A DNA stretch of 64,000 bases from the human T2T-CHM13v2.0 reference genome, Homo sapiens. The stretch is taken from NCBI RefSeq assembly GCF_009914755.1, contig NC_060929.1. One strand, 5' to 3'. The position numbers and the translations under genes are program-made. The notes below the pieces were generated by a model, which ran no database searches, was not told the origin of the DNA, and saw nothing but the letters and a program-made list of their open reading frames with translations. The stretch's first letter is position 1; every line of letters starts with the position of its first letter. Below are positions 14,500 through 29,292 of this stretch, piece by piece.

Positions 14500-14690
14500 T
14501 TTTTTCCTTCCTTCTTTACTTCTTTTTCTTCATTGTTTTTTTCTCCCTTCATTCCTTCTATCCTTCATTCTTTTTTCTTTCCTTTCTTTCTTTTCTTCCT
14601 TTCTCCTTGTCTCTCTCTTCCCCCCCTTCCTAGCTTTTTTTCTTTCTATACATCCATCTTTCCTCTCTTCCTTAGATATCTGTTTCCCTT
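14500..14690. repeat. CT-rich low-complexity tract
   Basis: Degenerate TTCC/TTTC repeats. Confidence 0.85.
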
Positions 14691-15399
14691 TCCATATTTT
14701 AAAAGCATCCAGGATTAAGTCCTGTACTAACTAAAGAACCAACAATTTCTGTATCTTCTTCTTTCATTTCTTAATTTGGTCTAGTTTATACCTATCTAGT
14801 AATGAGTAATCTGTGGCTACAAGAAAAATAACAAGTTCAAATCCCTTGTAAGGTAACTGAAAGACCCCTGTGTGCGCACCTATAAAGACACAGTCCTCTG
14901 CCATGTTCCTCAACTTTGTACCACTCAACAGAAAACTCCCAGGAAGAACAGCAGCTCAGAATTTTTCTAGTAAGCTCTTTGATAGGAAAGCCAAGATGTC
15001 CTTTTCCTCTTTTCATAACGGGCTATTGTTTCTGCCTTTCCTTTAAGGGTGTCAGGCAGGGAGATAAAACTCTGGAGGGAAGACTGGATGCAGGCTTTTC
15101 ACTAATAACTTGAGTCAGAAATAGGAAAAAAAATAGTTCCTTATTTTATTTCCATCTGCCTGACCTCATTTATTTATTATCCATTCATATAATAGATATT
15201 AACTGAGTCCCCACTATTTCCTCACATCTCTACATAATGCCACTTATCTGTTACTTTGCATTCTTGATTAATATCATGCTTCACTTGGATTTCTCTGATA
15301 GCCCTTACTTGCTGTCTTTTTCTCATCATCAACCCTTTTCTTCAACCCACCCTACAAATCTGTAGCCAGGTCAAGCTTGCTACAGGGCTGTTTGGATGC

Positions 15400-15900
15400 T
15401 ATTATTTCCATTCTCATGAACTTCCAGAATCTTCCCAGTTTTATGGAATAAAATTCAAACCTTTTAGCCTTCAGTTCAGGGTCTTATAATCTGGGTCCAA
15501 CAATTCTACTTTTGTAATACCTTATACGTAAGGAAGACCAAGCTATGTGTTTGTTCTCCTTGTCCTCTTTTTCTCTTCCTGTCCGCATGCTATGCTCTCT
15601 AAGTGCTGATTGACTCACTGATCCTTTTGGCCTTCTTCCTTTACTCAACTGTCAAGCCTCCCTTCATCTTCCCTTTTCTGCTCTCCAGCAGGAATTCACT
15701 TCTAGCTCTTCTACAACCCATGGAATTTTATCTCTTCTGTAACCTTTTGCATTTTTAAGTTTATAGTTATGAGTATTTGCATACATCACTTATTTGCCGT
15801 TTTAGAATGTATGCTCCTTGAGAGCAGAGCGCACCATTGAATACGCTCTATAGCTCAACAGCATGCTTCATAGTCTTCAACTGAGTAAATGGATGTATGT
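15400..15900 (+). mobile_element. L2 fragments
   Basis: GAATAAAATTCAAACCTTTTAGCC..ATAATCTGG and TAGAATGTATGCTCCTTGAGAGCAG L2 3' motifs. Confidence 0.55.
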
Positions 15901-16399
15901 GCTGCAACGCCACTCTCTATCAGTTTTAGAAAGACATGCTTAATAATAAGCCTATTGCTAATTTCAGCTATAATGGGTGATATTATGGTTCAGTAAGAGC
16001 CTTTTGTATCAAGACTTTAAAAATTTTTCTTGCTATTTAGACAGTGGCTGTTCCATCAGTCCCAGCAAGATAAGAACCTCTGGAGAATCATAACCTTCCT
16101 TTGGTACACAAACTCTTGTCCATTAGCATCTTACTGCCTGTAATGATGCTTACCAATCAGATTAAGAAATGTACTCCTAACCCAAGACAAGGATACCTTT
16201 TACTCCTTATTCCTAACAGTCTTCTTTGAATGTGTTTTTAAAAATTCACAAGTTTCCAAAATCAAAGTGTATTAAAAAGTATATAATGCAAAGTCTCCTT
16301 GCCACTCTGTTTGTCATGTGCCCAGTTGCCAGTACACTACTAAATAGATATTCCTGTGTTAGATTCTTGGGGATCTTCCTATAGAGCTTTTTAATGTAA

Positions 16400-17070
16400 A
16401 TGTTATTATGTATATTTAAGATATATAGCATGATGTTGTGGGATACATATAGATAGTAAAATGATTAATGCAACAAATTAAAATATCTGTCATTTCATAT
16501 AGCTGCTCGATTGTGTATGTGTGTGGCAAGGGCAGCTAATATCTACTCATTTAGCAAAACTCCTAAATACAAGGCAATATTATTTATTTATTTATTTATT
16601 TTTATTTTTATTTTTTGAGATGGAATTTTGCTGTTATGCCCAGGCTGGAATGAAGTGGTGTGATCTTGGCTCACTGCAACGTCCACCCCCCAGGTTCAAG
16701 TGATTCTCCTGCCTCAGCCTCCCGAGTAACTGGGATTACAGGTGCAGGGCACCATGCCCGGCCAGTTTTTGTATTTTTAGTAGAGATGGGGTTTTGCCAT
16801 GTTGGCCAGGCTGGTCTCGAACTCCTGACCTCAAATGATCCACCTGCCTCGGCCTCCCAAAGTGCTAATATTACCGGCGTGAGCCACTGGCAATATTGTT
16901 AACTTGGGTGTGAGGCCCAAGGCAATATTATTAACTATAGTCCTCATGTTGTACATTGCTATCTAGACCTGTTCATCTTACTTGTCTGCTACTTTGTATT
17001 ATTTAAACTACATCTCCCGCATTTTCTCCCCAGGACTCCCTTCTGGAAACCACTGTTTTCTTCTCTACTT
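16400..17070 (-). mobile_element. L1MA 3' end interrupted by an Alu
   Basis: TATTAACTATAGTCCTCATGTTGTACATT..TCTAGAC L1MA-type 3'UTR in antisense. Confidence 0.75.
16583..16888 (-). mobile_element. AluS
   Basis: Dimer with (TTTA)n tail; TSD AAGGCAATATTAT; complex 5' junction. Confidence 0.95.
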
Positions 17071-17099
17071 TTAGGGAGATTTTTATGTACATAAAAGCA

Positions 17100-19200
17100 A
17101 ATATAAATAAATGTTTTTCTCATGTTTTATACCAATCGTATCATACTGTACACATTTTATGTATTTGTGTTTTTTTCCTTTAAAATGTTTCTCAAGATCT
17201 TCCTAGATCATATTGTGTCATGTTCAATTGTATTATAGTGTTTCATATTCAGTTCTGGGGATATAACATATTTAAAGAGTTACTAGTTGACAGATAATGA
17301 AGTTTGTTTCTAAACATTATTACAGCCTATACCACAATGAATAACCTTGTACATACATTATTTTCTGTGTATGGGAACTTACCTGTATGATACTTTCCTA
17401 GAATTGGTTGCTGAAAGTGTATATAATATTGGATAGATACCTTGTAATCTTGGACAGATACTTCAAAATTATCCTCCATTTAGATTGTACCAACTTGGAC
17501 TTTTATCAGCAATGAATGAGAGTTTCTATCTCCACAGACTTGCCAGTTGTGTTTTAAAACTTTGATTTTTGCCAAGTTGATGCTGAAAAAATAGTCGCTT
17601 TAAAAAATATGAAATGTTTCATGAATTTGCACATCCTCTTTGTTCAGAGTTCCTGCTAATCTCTGAATGGCATCAATTTTTGGTATATGTGTTGCTGAAG
17701 TAAGCACTCTGTTTACCTTTTATTTGCCTCTCTATGATTGTGAGGTCAATGTGTTTTCAGGTATTTGAGATATTTGCAGATTTTTAATTTCAAGATGAAT
17801 TTAATACAAATTTCTTTAACATTAATTTTGAATTTAATATGAGACTTTCTTTTTAAATTACCAATGTATTGAAAATTTTTATATATTTCAGATCTAAACT
17901 ATGATGTGGCTTGCATATATTTTTTTCAGTTTATCGTTTGTCCTTGTTCAATATGACGACTTTTGCCATATAAAAGTGTTTTGTTGTTTTGTTATTTTTT
18001 TTTATGAATTCTGAATTTTGAGTCCAAGAAAGGCCTTTTTGTACATCGAGATTATGAAACAATTCTCTTGTCTCCCCACCCCACACAGTCTCACCCTCTG
18101 TAGCTTTTGTGGACTCATTTCCTTGCATGTAAATTTTTGAATCATTTGAAATTGATTCTGGTATGGATCTGACACTATTTTTGCACCAATACCATTTATT
18201 TAATGTCATTTTATCCATACTGGTATGAAGTGACTTTATAACATACTAGCTTTAACATACCACCTTTAAATAAGTTTGAGATCAATTTTTGAAAATTCTA
18301 TTCATTTCTCTTGAATTCATATTCATGTGCCAATACCACAATATCTTAATTACTGAGACTTATAATATGTTTTCCTATTTAAGGGTGCTAATTACAAAAT
18401 ATTCCTCTTCTTTTTCATAAATTTTATGGCTCTTTTTACTTTTAAATTTTCCAATATGCAATTTAAAGTCAGCAATGTAGTTTAAGAAACAGTTAATTTT
18501 GTATCAGGAGCATATTAAATTTATAAATTAATGGGGAAAACTGATTTCTTTTTATGCTAAATCTTCCTATCAAACAATTCTGTAAGCTATTACCTCAAGC
18601 TGTCTTTTGTCAGAAGTATATTAAAATTTTACTAATTTTTTGTTAAGTTTATTGCTAAGTACTTTTCTTGCTTTTAGAAATTTTATTTTTCATTTTGTCA
18701 TACTTTCTAACAAGTTGTATACATGAAATCATTTGCTTTAATTATAATAATTATTTTCTATGGCTTACTTGCCAAATTCTCTTATTTATTGTAGTGATTT
18801 TTGTTAATTACACTTAATTTACCTCCAAAATAGCAATCCCCAGTCATATAATTTGCAAATAGATATGTAAAACTATCTTCAAAGCTTATAACTCATTTTT
18901 CCTCTATACTCTAATTGTGTAGGTTATAAAATTATTAAATAACAATGATTGTGGACTTCCTTTTTGTTTTATCCTCCGCAACAGCTTAAATGGAATTGGG
19001 ATTATCCTTTCTTTTGGGTTTTGTAGAAAATTCCTCCAAAAAATAATCTTTAGTAGTTTTTGGTGATAGGTACTTAACAAAATTTTTCATTTCTTTTATG
19101 TAAATTGGTCTTTTAAAATGCTGGTGTGTTTTTTTCAAAAACAGGTTTCTGTAAATTATGTTGTTCTAGGAAATTGCTTAATTTTTTAAGTTTTACACAG
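17100..19200 (-). mobile_element. Ancient L1M (L1MC/ME-like) fragments
   Basis: T-rich strand with degenerate L1 motifs (AATGAATAACCTTGTACATA, CAGCAATGAATGAGAGTT, GTGCCAATACCAC). Confidence 0.6.
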
Positions 19201-19279
19201 AGGTAAGCACAATTATTTCTTATGACTCTAAATTTTTTCCTTTTGTATTTTGGGTTAACTAGCTACTTAATATTTCTGA

Positions 19280-19669
<390 letters not shown>

Positions 19670-19879
19670 TATTTTACTGTTTTCTTCTGGTACTTCTTGG
19701 CTTCTCTTGCATTCTTCTAGTTTTTCTCTTATGTTTCTGGTCATTGTTTATCAAATTTCTTTGCCAGTTTGTTTTAGATATCTAAATTGTAAGTATTACA
19801 GGTTAAAGGTTTAACTAGCCTTCTTTCTCAACATATTCTTTTTCTGTATAGGCTCTCATCGATAACGTGGTTTAAATGG

Positions 19880-20870
19880 TTGTCCACATGCTGACGACTC
19901 CCTAAAATATATTACTCATTGAAATTCCACCTCTTAGTTATAGGCGCACATTATTCCTTCAGTCATTCATAGACTAATAAAATTACATATATCTAAAACT
20001 TGGTTCTCTTCCTTCAGTGTTTCTTATCACAGTGAATGCCACCAGCATCTGCCTAGTCTCAATCCCAGAATCCTAAAGGGATTCTCTCATACGTTTGTTC
20101 TCTTATTGTCTATTCCCTCTAAATTAATGGATCCCTTTAATTTTCCCACTTAAGTGTCTCTTTAACATATCTTCTCTCTTTACTGTCATGACCCTATTCT
20201 AAGCCATCATTATCTTTTGCCTACCAGGGGGATGGCCTCCTGCCCAGTCTCACTATATCCACTCTTGTTTCTTCCCAATTCATTCTTCATATTAAAGCCA
20301 GGTTAATTCCATAATCCCTCTCTCTTGCTTAAGTTTACTCATAATTTGTTATTATTGTTCAGGGAAAACATTAGATATACTTATATGGTTTTTAAGGTTC
20401 TAAATGATGTAAGCCCTAGACACCAGTCTCAGCTCGAGCCACTCTACCCTTTGCTTTCTCCAGTCCAGACAAACCAGTTGCTTTTTCATTTTCCAAATGT
20501 ATTATTCTTCTTGTATCATCTTATGATATTTGCACATTTGCAGTCACTGTTTCTTGAGAAATTCATTCTATTCCATTTATCTAATTCGTTATCTTTAGAC
20601 TTGGTCTTCAAGATATGTTTCTCAGATTTTTTTTCTCCTTTTTTATTTTTAATTTTTGTGGGCACATTGTAGGTGTATATCTCAGATAAGATTCCTCATA
20701 TGCATCTTTTCTAGATCCTTTGGTTAGCTCTCTTTCCTCCACATGCCAGTTGAGTTTTCAAGTACATAACAAATTACATAATTATTTGTTTAGCGCTGAT
20801 TTTTCACACACATGTAGCCTCAGTGTGGATATTTCTTTGGTACATGACTTAATCCCCAGTAACTAGTAAG
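19880..20870 (+). mobile_element. L2 LINE 3' region (degenerate)
   Basis: CAGTGAATGCCACCAGCATC, CCATCATTATCTTTTGCCT..GGCCTCCT and TTTGCACATTTGCAGT L2 motifs. Confidence 0.65.
20628..20679 (-). mobile_element. Very short (~50 bp) L1MA 3' tip
   Basis: T tract followed by TAATTTTTGTGGGCAC..GTAGGTGTATA (same tip as 29293-29665), flanked by TCTCAGAT direct repeats. Confidence 0.6.
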
Positions 20871-21354
20871 ATGACTATCCACTAAAGAGTTCAAAACATT
20901 GAAAGAAAAAATGTTATCAAGAAAAAAATAATAAAAGTTTAGAAAATATATTATTCTTTTCTAAAAATTGAAAGAGAAGATCTGTATTAGCATGATATTA
21001 AAAATCAAGAAGGACAAATAGTTCAAAAGAGAATTATAAATTTAACATTTCATCTTGGCAAAGAAATAAATGATTAGTTAATGATCAGTATTATTGTAAT
21101 TGTCTAACCATCTGGAATCATAAACAGTGTGAGATGCCCAGGTTATACCAAATAAACTCTACATGAATATATATGCAAATTTATATGTAAAGATTTATAT
21201 GTAAAATGATATAATTTTATTAAATTATGGGAAGTAAATATGCATAAATATTTATACAATCTTGGTCTGAATACAACCTATAAAATTTGAGGGCAAAGGC
21301 ATATATGACACAAGAAATGTATAGTGATTGAAACCAAATAAAAATTGAAATATT

Positions 21355-21708
<354 letters not shown>

Positions 21709-22374
21709 TCACAACAGGAGGGTAAAAGTTGTTTAATATATGTGATGGAAAATAAATTATTGTCCTTATATGTTAAAGTCTTTGTGATTATTTAAGAGAT
21801 AATCACCAAGAAAATGACAAATGTCTAAGTTAAAGAAAAAAATAATGATTTTAAAAAGGCAATTCATACAATATTAAATGCCGAATTACATGGTAATTTC
21901 GACTGCATTAATAGCCATGGGAATGAAAATAGAAATGGTATATTATTTAATTAGGATGGCAATGATTAAAAGAATGATAATATAAGAAATAAATTAAAGA
22001 ATATATTAACATAATTAAGGAATGATCAGAAGAACTAGCTAACATGGAAAAAACAGACATTGTTATACAAAGCTGGCAAGATTATAAATTGAAATTACCT
22101 TCACAGAGGACAAACTGGCATTATGAGTCAAAAATGTTTAGAATGGTCACACTCACTCATTCCTCTCTGAAAAACAACCTAAGAAAATATTCAATTGAAC
22201 ACAAATGGACATGTCTTACTTGTCATTTAGTGTCCTATTTGCAAAAGTGAATAGGACTTTATGGCATAATTATTTATATTACCCATGTTTACAGGTACAC
22301 CTAATTTCCTTCCCCTTGCTATTAAAAATTTTGTTTTTTACAATTAGCATTGTACTAATTTAAAAACAGACATA

Positions 22375-22820
22375 TGTTCAAATGGAGCAGGTCAGAGAGC
22401 CCAGAGATAAATCCAGTATTTCCAACTAACTGATTTTCGACAAAGGTACCAAGAACATTGATTGGGAAAAGGACAGTCTCTTCGATAAATGGTGCTGGGA
22501 AAACTGGACATCTGCAAGCAGAAAAAATGAAACTATATCCCTATCTCTCACCATATATAAAAGTCAAATCAAAATTGTTTAAAGACTTACAAATGCAAGA
22601 CCTGAACCTGTGAAACTACTAGAAGAAAACATTAGGGAAATGCTTTAGAACATTAATCTGGGCAAAGATTTTGGGGCAAGATCTCAAAAACACAGGCAAC
22701 AAAAGCAAAATAGACAAATTAGATAACATCAAGCTAAAACGCTTATGCACAGCAAAGAAAACAATTAACATAGTGAAGAGACAATATATAGAATGAGAGA
22801 AAATATTTCAAAATCATATT
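22375..22820 (+). mobile_element. L1M ORF2 fragment
   Basis: GACAAAGGTACCAAGAAC..AAATGGTGCTGGGAAAACTGG..GAAACTACTAGAAGAAAACAT. Confidence 0.85.
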
Positions 22821-22829
22821 AATTAAAAG

Positions 22830-23760
22830 TTTGTTGTTAGTGCTGAAAAAGACAGTAGTTAGACCAATAGAGCAGGAGACAGCACAGAAAAAGTCCTGAG
22901 CACAAATGTGAAATCATATATGACAGAGGCAGCATCTGGAGAAAAAAATAACTATTCAATGAATGTTAACAAGACAAGAGACTATTCATAGGAGGGAAAA
23001 TTTTCAGATTCCCATTATAGTCATGCAGAAAAATAAATCCTCAATGGATTAAAGACCTAAATGTGCAAAGCAAAATTATAAAGACCTATGAAGAAAATAA
23101 ACAAGCATATGTTTATACCTTAGGATTCGTAAGGATTTCTTGCAAAGATACAAGATATAAAAAATTATTGATAGAGTTGATAACAATAAAATTAATAAAC
23201 TATAAAAAAAGTTAAATTACAAACTAAACCAGAAGTTATTTGCACTGCATTGTCTGGCAAAGGATTATATCTAGAATATATGAGGATATTGTACAAATCA
23301 CTAAGTAAAACAATTTAATGGGTAAAATTATCCAAGAATGTAAATAAAAGCTAATAAACATAAGGAAATATTCTGAAATATTCTTTCTTGAATAAAAGAA
23401 CTGCCATTCTCATATTAATATCCTTCTTATTAGATTATGTTATCAAACATTTTAAAATCTGACAATTCGAATTTTTTTTTGTGGATGTAGGACACAATGT
23501 ATATTTCTGGTGGTAGTGTAAATTGGTACTACTTTGCATAATGAAAGTGGAAATACCTAGTAAAATCAAATATGCCCCCCCCACACACACACAGACACAC
23601 GCACACTACAACCCATAATGTTCACCTCTAGATAGGTTTTCTATAAACCAGAGGAAACCTATCATATCTGTAATAGGATATATACAAGAAAATCTGCTGA
23701 AGGTTTTTATAATAGAAAAATATTGAAATTATTGTTACTGCCTATATACAGAAGAAGATT
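22830..23760 (+). mobile_element. Ancient L1ME-like fragment
   Basis: ATGGATTAAAGACCTAAATGT and GTGTAAATTGGTACTACTTTG L1 motifs. Confidence 0.6.
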
Positions 23761-23775
23761 AAAAATCTAAGATAT

Positions 23776-24867
23776 TAGGCAATGCTATTCATTTAGGACA
23801 GGCACAGGAAAAGATTTCTTGATGAAGACGCCAACAGCAATTGCAACAAAAGCGAAAATTGACAAATGGGATCTAATTAAACTAAAGAGATTGTTCACAG
23901 CAAAAGAAACCATCAACTGAGGAAACAGAATATCTACAGAATGGGAGAAAGTTTTTGCCAGTTGTGCATCTGACAAAGGTCTAATATCCAGCATCTAAAG
24001 GAACTTGAACAAATTTATAAGAAAAAAAAACCTGGACAAGTACATGAACAGACACTTTTCAAAAAAAAGAGGCATACATGCAGCCAAAAATCATATGACA
24101 AAAAGCTCAGTATCACTGATGATTACAGAAATGCCAATCAAAACCACAATGAGATACCATCTCACACCAGTAAGAATGGCTATTATTAAAAAGTCAAAAA
24201 ATAACAGATGCTGGCAAGGTTGTGGAGAAAAAAAACCCTTATACACTGTTGATGGGTGCATAAATTCGTTTAGCCATTATGGAAGACAGTGTGGCGATTC
24301 CTCCAAGGCCTAAAGACAGAAATACCATTTGACCCAGCAGTCCCGTTACTGGGTATAAACCCAAAGGAATGTAAATCATTCTGTTATAAAGACACATGCA
24401 CGTGTATGTTCACTGCAGCACTATTCACAATAGCAAAAACATGGAATCATCCTAAATGCCTCAGTGATAGACTGGATGAGGAAAATGTGGTAAATATAAA
24501 CCATGGAATGCTATGTAGCCATAAAAAGAACAAGATCATGTCCTTTGCCAAGAGGTGGAAGAAGTTAGAGGCCAATATCCTTAGAGAACTAACACAGGAA
24601 CAGAAAACCAAAAACTGCATGTTCTTACTTATAAGTAGGTGCTAAATGATGAGAACACATGGACACATAGAGGGGAACAACACACACTGGGACATATTGG
24701 AGAGTGGAGGATGGGAGAAGGGAGAGGATCAGGAGAAAAACTAATGGGTACTAGGCTTAATACCTGGGTGATGAAATAATCAGTACAACAAACCCCTATG
24801 ACTCACGTTTACCTATGTAACAACCTGCACATATACCCCTGAACTTAAAATAAAAGTTAAAAAAAAA
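23776..24867 (+). mobile_element. Old L1PA 3' end (~1.1 kb, 5'-truncated)
   Basis: Frameshifted ORF2 C-terminus ([25 protein letters not shown]; EIPFDPAVPLLGI), 3'UTR and tail; TSD AAAAATCTAAG(A/G)TAT. Confidence 0.95.
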
Positions 24868-25862
24868 TCTAAGGTATATCACTGTGTTGGAAAGCTACTT
24901 AGTAGTGAATTAATGAAATAGAACCACATGAATCCATGTAGATAGATCTTAAAAAAATACGAAATGTGTGAAAAACCAAGCTGTGGAAGTATGCCACCTG
25001 TTATGGTAAATACTAAAAGCATCCAAATCGATATCATATATTGATGAAAACTGTAGAACACCATCCTCACTCCAGTGATTTTACTGTGCTGGCTCACAAT
25101 TTAGAAAGGGAGGTCTAAGTCATCGAATATTAGCAATTGCAATATCTTCAATCAAAATATGTGCATCTTTGGTCAATACCTGAGTGACAAAAGAGAGAGA
25201 AGAGATTTTCTGTAGCCTGCTTTCTCTCTCTTCTTTTGTAGTTTTGTTTAGAATGGCGTTCTAGTTGGCCATGAGAAGTAGAGAGCAAGCCACTTGAAAG
25301 GTAATCTCTCAGCAGGAATGTTCACTGCTTAGTCTAGCAGTTTCCTTTGAGCTACTCTGTGTGAAGACACTTTCCTGACTGCTGGTAGAGTGGCAGAGCT
25401 ACAAGTACTTTTTGAGAGTAAAAGGGATGACACTTTGGGCTCTAGATCAGTTAGAGGGCTGCCATATGACAGAGGGTATTACCACTGTGGAAAACTGTAC
25501 ATGTTTATTTACCTTTTTTTTTCTGGTAAAAATCCCTAGAGCACTGGGTTCCTGCCCCAAATCTGACTCCATGTTAGGAACCAGCTGCAACAATGGTCCC
25601 ACTTTGCTAAGGGGAGGACTGATACTCAGAGTGATCCAAGACCTCCATGTCAGTAACTGAAACATTTAAATACTTTCATCTTGACTGCTGTATCTCTGAC
25701 CTTCACACAGACCAGCAAGCAAAAGGTTAATGCACTTCTTCAAGATGTATCTGTTTTTACTGGTATTTGAGCTTTTCAAAATTCTAATATTTTATTATCA
25801 CCTTGGCTTGGAGACCAGTTATATAAATAAAAGTTTAGAGGGATGATTTTTATGCTTTTCTG

Positions 25863-25863
<1 letters not shown>

Positions 25864-25905
<42 letters not shown>
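25864..25905. repeat. (CA)21 microsatellite
   Basis: Direct reading. Confidence 0.99.
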
Positions 25906-25907
<2 letters not shown>

Positions 25908-25959
25908 TTTACATAAAAAAATTAATGTGGAACAGATTAACATATAGAGTATATTGTGC

Positions 25960-26340
25960 ATTATTTATATTAAGGGATGTCTTTGGGATGAACGCCTATG
26001 ATTGTGAGGTAAAGGGAGCTAGATTTGGCAGAGAGAGAAGTTGAGGTACAATGTAAGTCAACAACAGTCTGAGCTGACTCCACAGGGAGCTGTGGAGCTC
26101 ATATGACCCATTGTAGGTACACCTCATTGAGACAAAATGGCTAAGTCTTTATAATCTCCATCAGTCAGTGGATTCTGCTGACTCACGTAGGGCGTGACCT
26201 TAGGTGATGTTGCTCTACAGCTCAGGCCTTCTCCAAGTCACTGGCACCTGAAAGGTCTCTGTTGACAGGAATTCCATCAGCAGAGGAAACAAGTCCTTCC
26301 TTGAAGAGAAATCTAGGTGGTACATCTCCACGTTCATCAT
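25960..26340 (-). mobile_element. LTR16-like ERVL LTR
   Basis: GGCAGAGAGAGAAGTTGAG..CAGGGAGCTGTGGAGCT..CAGTCAGTGGAT..GTGACCTTAGGTGA resembles the LTR16 family. Confidence 0.55.
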
Positions 26341-26889
26341 AAATCAGCACCATGGTTTTATTATAGCACTGAAAAAAAGATAAATGCACTTTAAGATAGG
26401 TTTGGCTTTAAAACCTGAATATAAATCAAGTTTTTTAAACTGTATGTTTTAGTACATGCACAATATTTTAAATTTGGACTTCCACAGATACTACCCATTA
26501 ATGTATGTGAGATTAAATATCTTCCTGTAGTCTAAAAATGTTAAATCAGTTTCACCATTTCTCTTATTACCTCTTTTAATTTTGCCCCTCTGTTTCTTCT
26601 TCATTTTATCTACTTTCTTTATAAAATACTTCTCCTTCATATAAATCATAAATAAACTCAGGAGAATAATAATGTCAGGGTCAGATTAATGTAGAATATA
26701 CTAGAAGAGTGACATTACAGATATTAGAAACCACTTACAGATTCTTTTACTATTAATAGGCTCACACATTTGTAGCAACTTCAAGTTTGATGTACCATAT
26801 GACTCAATTCCCTCTACTTACACTACTATAATTTTCCTCAAATTTTCTTGTAGACCAGAAGAAAATTTGGAAGATTCTAAGCATTACCA

Positions 26890-27800
26890 TCTGTCTGAGC
26901 CAGTCTACATTAGAGAACAGAGCCTGAGGTGACACTTACATGCTATACTTTATTAGGCATGCAACACCAGGGGAGCAAGAATGAAAAGACCCCTGGAGCC
27001 GGCGAGAGAGAGCATAATGGTTAATTTTATGTGTTATCTCGATTGGGCCAAGGGATGTCCAGATAGCTGGTTAAACTTTATTTCTGGGTGTGTCTGTGAG
27101 GAGGTTTCAGGGAGAGATTAAGGTTTGAATTGGTAGACTGAGTAAAACAGATGGCCCTCCCCAGTGCAGATGGTCCTCATCCAATCAACTGAGGGCCTGA
27201 ATAGAACAAAAAGAGGGAGGAAGACTGAATTAACTGCCTGACTGTTGTGCTGGAACATCAATCTTCCCTTGCTCTTGCACTCCTGATTTTCAGGTAGACC
27301 TGAACTAGAATTTAGATCCTTGGCTCTCTAGCTCTCAGGCCTTCAGATTATACCACCATTGTTCCTAGGTCTCCTGGACAGCAGATAATGGGACTTCTCA
27401 ACCTCTATAAATATGTGAGCCAATACCCTATAGCAAATATCTTCATGGATAGACAGATGTAGATAGATGTCCTATTGCTTCTGTTTTTCTGGAGAACCCT
27501 GACTAACATAGAAAGTGAATAAAAGGTGACTGCTGAAGATATCTTCACAAGAAAGTACAACTGTTTCCTTAGTCACTATGGATGGTGCTTAGAAACTGTC
27601 AGAGGGGAAGAAGGACAAATAATTTATCTTCTTGTTCCTTCCAGTATATTTTTTCTTACTGTTCAAAGGTTGGTCCAGAGGCATTAATTCCTTGACAATT
27701 TCATGGTATACTTTATACAGCCCCACCAGGCAATCACTGGAAAAGCCAGATTGTTCTTCCCTCGTCATGGAACCTCACCAGAGTGTGGACATTGTGAATG
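26890..27800 (-). mobile_element. LTR33-like ERVL LTR split by MLT2
   Basis: AACAGAGCCTGAGG..CTTTATT..CCAGGGAGCAAGA on the left; AATTTATC..TCAAAGGTT..ATTAATTCC on the right. Confidence 0.4.
27013..27510 (+). mobile_element. MLT2 solo LTR (ERVL)
   Basis: ATGGTTAATTTTATGTG..GGGTGTGTCTGTGAGG..GAGGGCCTGAATAGAACAAAAAG..TCTGGAGAACCCTGACTAA. Confidence 0.9.
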
Positions 27801-29292
27801 AAACCAGAGTCTCCATAGATCTAGCAACATTAGGATGAAAGCCATGCACAATGCTGGCCTTCTTATCTGGGGATACTAAGTTGTCAGGAAACAAAGCTAA
27901 GGACATAGATTGGGACTGCATGCACAGGCAAGCTACACTAATACTGATTGAGCTGGCTCAGGGGTTTCCCTACTAACCCAAGGATAGAGAAACTGGAGAA
28001 GCTCAGGTGAGTCTGAGTCTGGCTATACAACCAGGCCTGAGTGAAATGAAATGAAAACCTAAGAATTTTTGCCTTCCCAAGAGGTTTTGCCTTTCCCAAG
28101 GTTTCAATCAGTTAATGACCATGCTGATCTGGATGGACCTTTTGGCTCTATCTCCCTTTCACTCCTGCTACTATGTGTTATTTTCATTTCTGAAAAAGTA
28201 AAGAATGAACAGAAATTAATAGAAAGCATGTATCTCAGTTGCACATTCACAGAAGTCAAAATTTATAAACTCATTCTATCATTAAATCTCATATTGTATG
28301 GAGAGAAAGACTAGGTAAGAAAAATAATTTTGTACACCCTGGAAAGTGACTTTTAGAACTTGAAAGTAATATGTAGATAGCTATGGTATTTCTTTAACCA
28401 TGCCCTTTTTTTTCTCAAAGTTATGGTGAGAAATAAGATGTTATTCCTGGCCTAAATATAAATAACTAGAAATTATCTAGTTATCTAGCAAACTTGTTAA
28501 TTTTTACTCCACATCTGTCGTTACAAAACAACTTTTAAAGTCATCTTCATTATTTAATATAGACTTTGATTTTTTTAATATTCAATAATAATTTGGATTT
28601 CAAAGGGCATTTCAGCAATCTCCCTAAAGATACAAATCCAGTATTTTCAGAATAGATGTCTTATTAGAGAAAACCTGGGGACTGACAAGGATTTTTTGTG
28701 ATTTGGGGTCAGTTCTTGGGTTATATTTTCTTTCAGAATGAAGTTCTTCTCTGCTCATTACATGCTGTGTTCCTTTTATTCACTTTATTATTATTTTTGC
28801 TATATTAACTTTGCCTAAATTCTGACTTTTGTCCTTCATTTTGCTCTTTTGTGTAGATTGGCAGCTCTATTTAGACCCTTTATTTTATACTGAAATAGAG
28901 TAAGTTTTTCTTGATTACTGTGTATCTGAAGCCTCTCTCTCCTCTGAGCCTTTTGTTGAAGACTGGATTTTTGTAGCACATGGACTGGGGGTTGTAGGAG
29001 GCTGCAGAACCAGAATGGTTCAGTAGGACTATGTGGTCTCTACATCCATTTTTGTCCAAGTTTCGTTAAGTACTCCACACCTGTGTTCATTCCACTGTGT
29101 CGGGGTTGCATCCCTGCCCAGTGCAGATATGACCTTTGACTTCAGATAATTCCCATAACCCAATTTGGAGACACTGACACATTCACTATGATTAGTTCAG
29201 TTGTTATCTCATCTTTTCTCTTATATCCACTTCCTAACAATAGAGGAGAAAAACATATGCATAATGTGGTTTTGGCATTTACTTTCTAAAAT

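Noticed and set aside
24005-24645. L1 ORF2-like ORFs
   Set aside because: Frameshifted C-terminal remnants of a 5'-truncated L1
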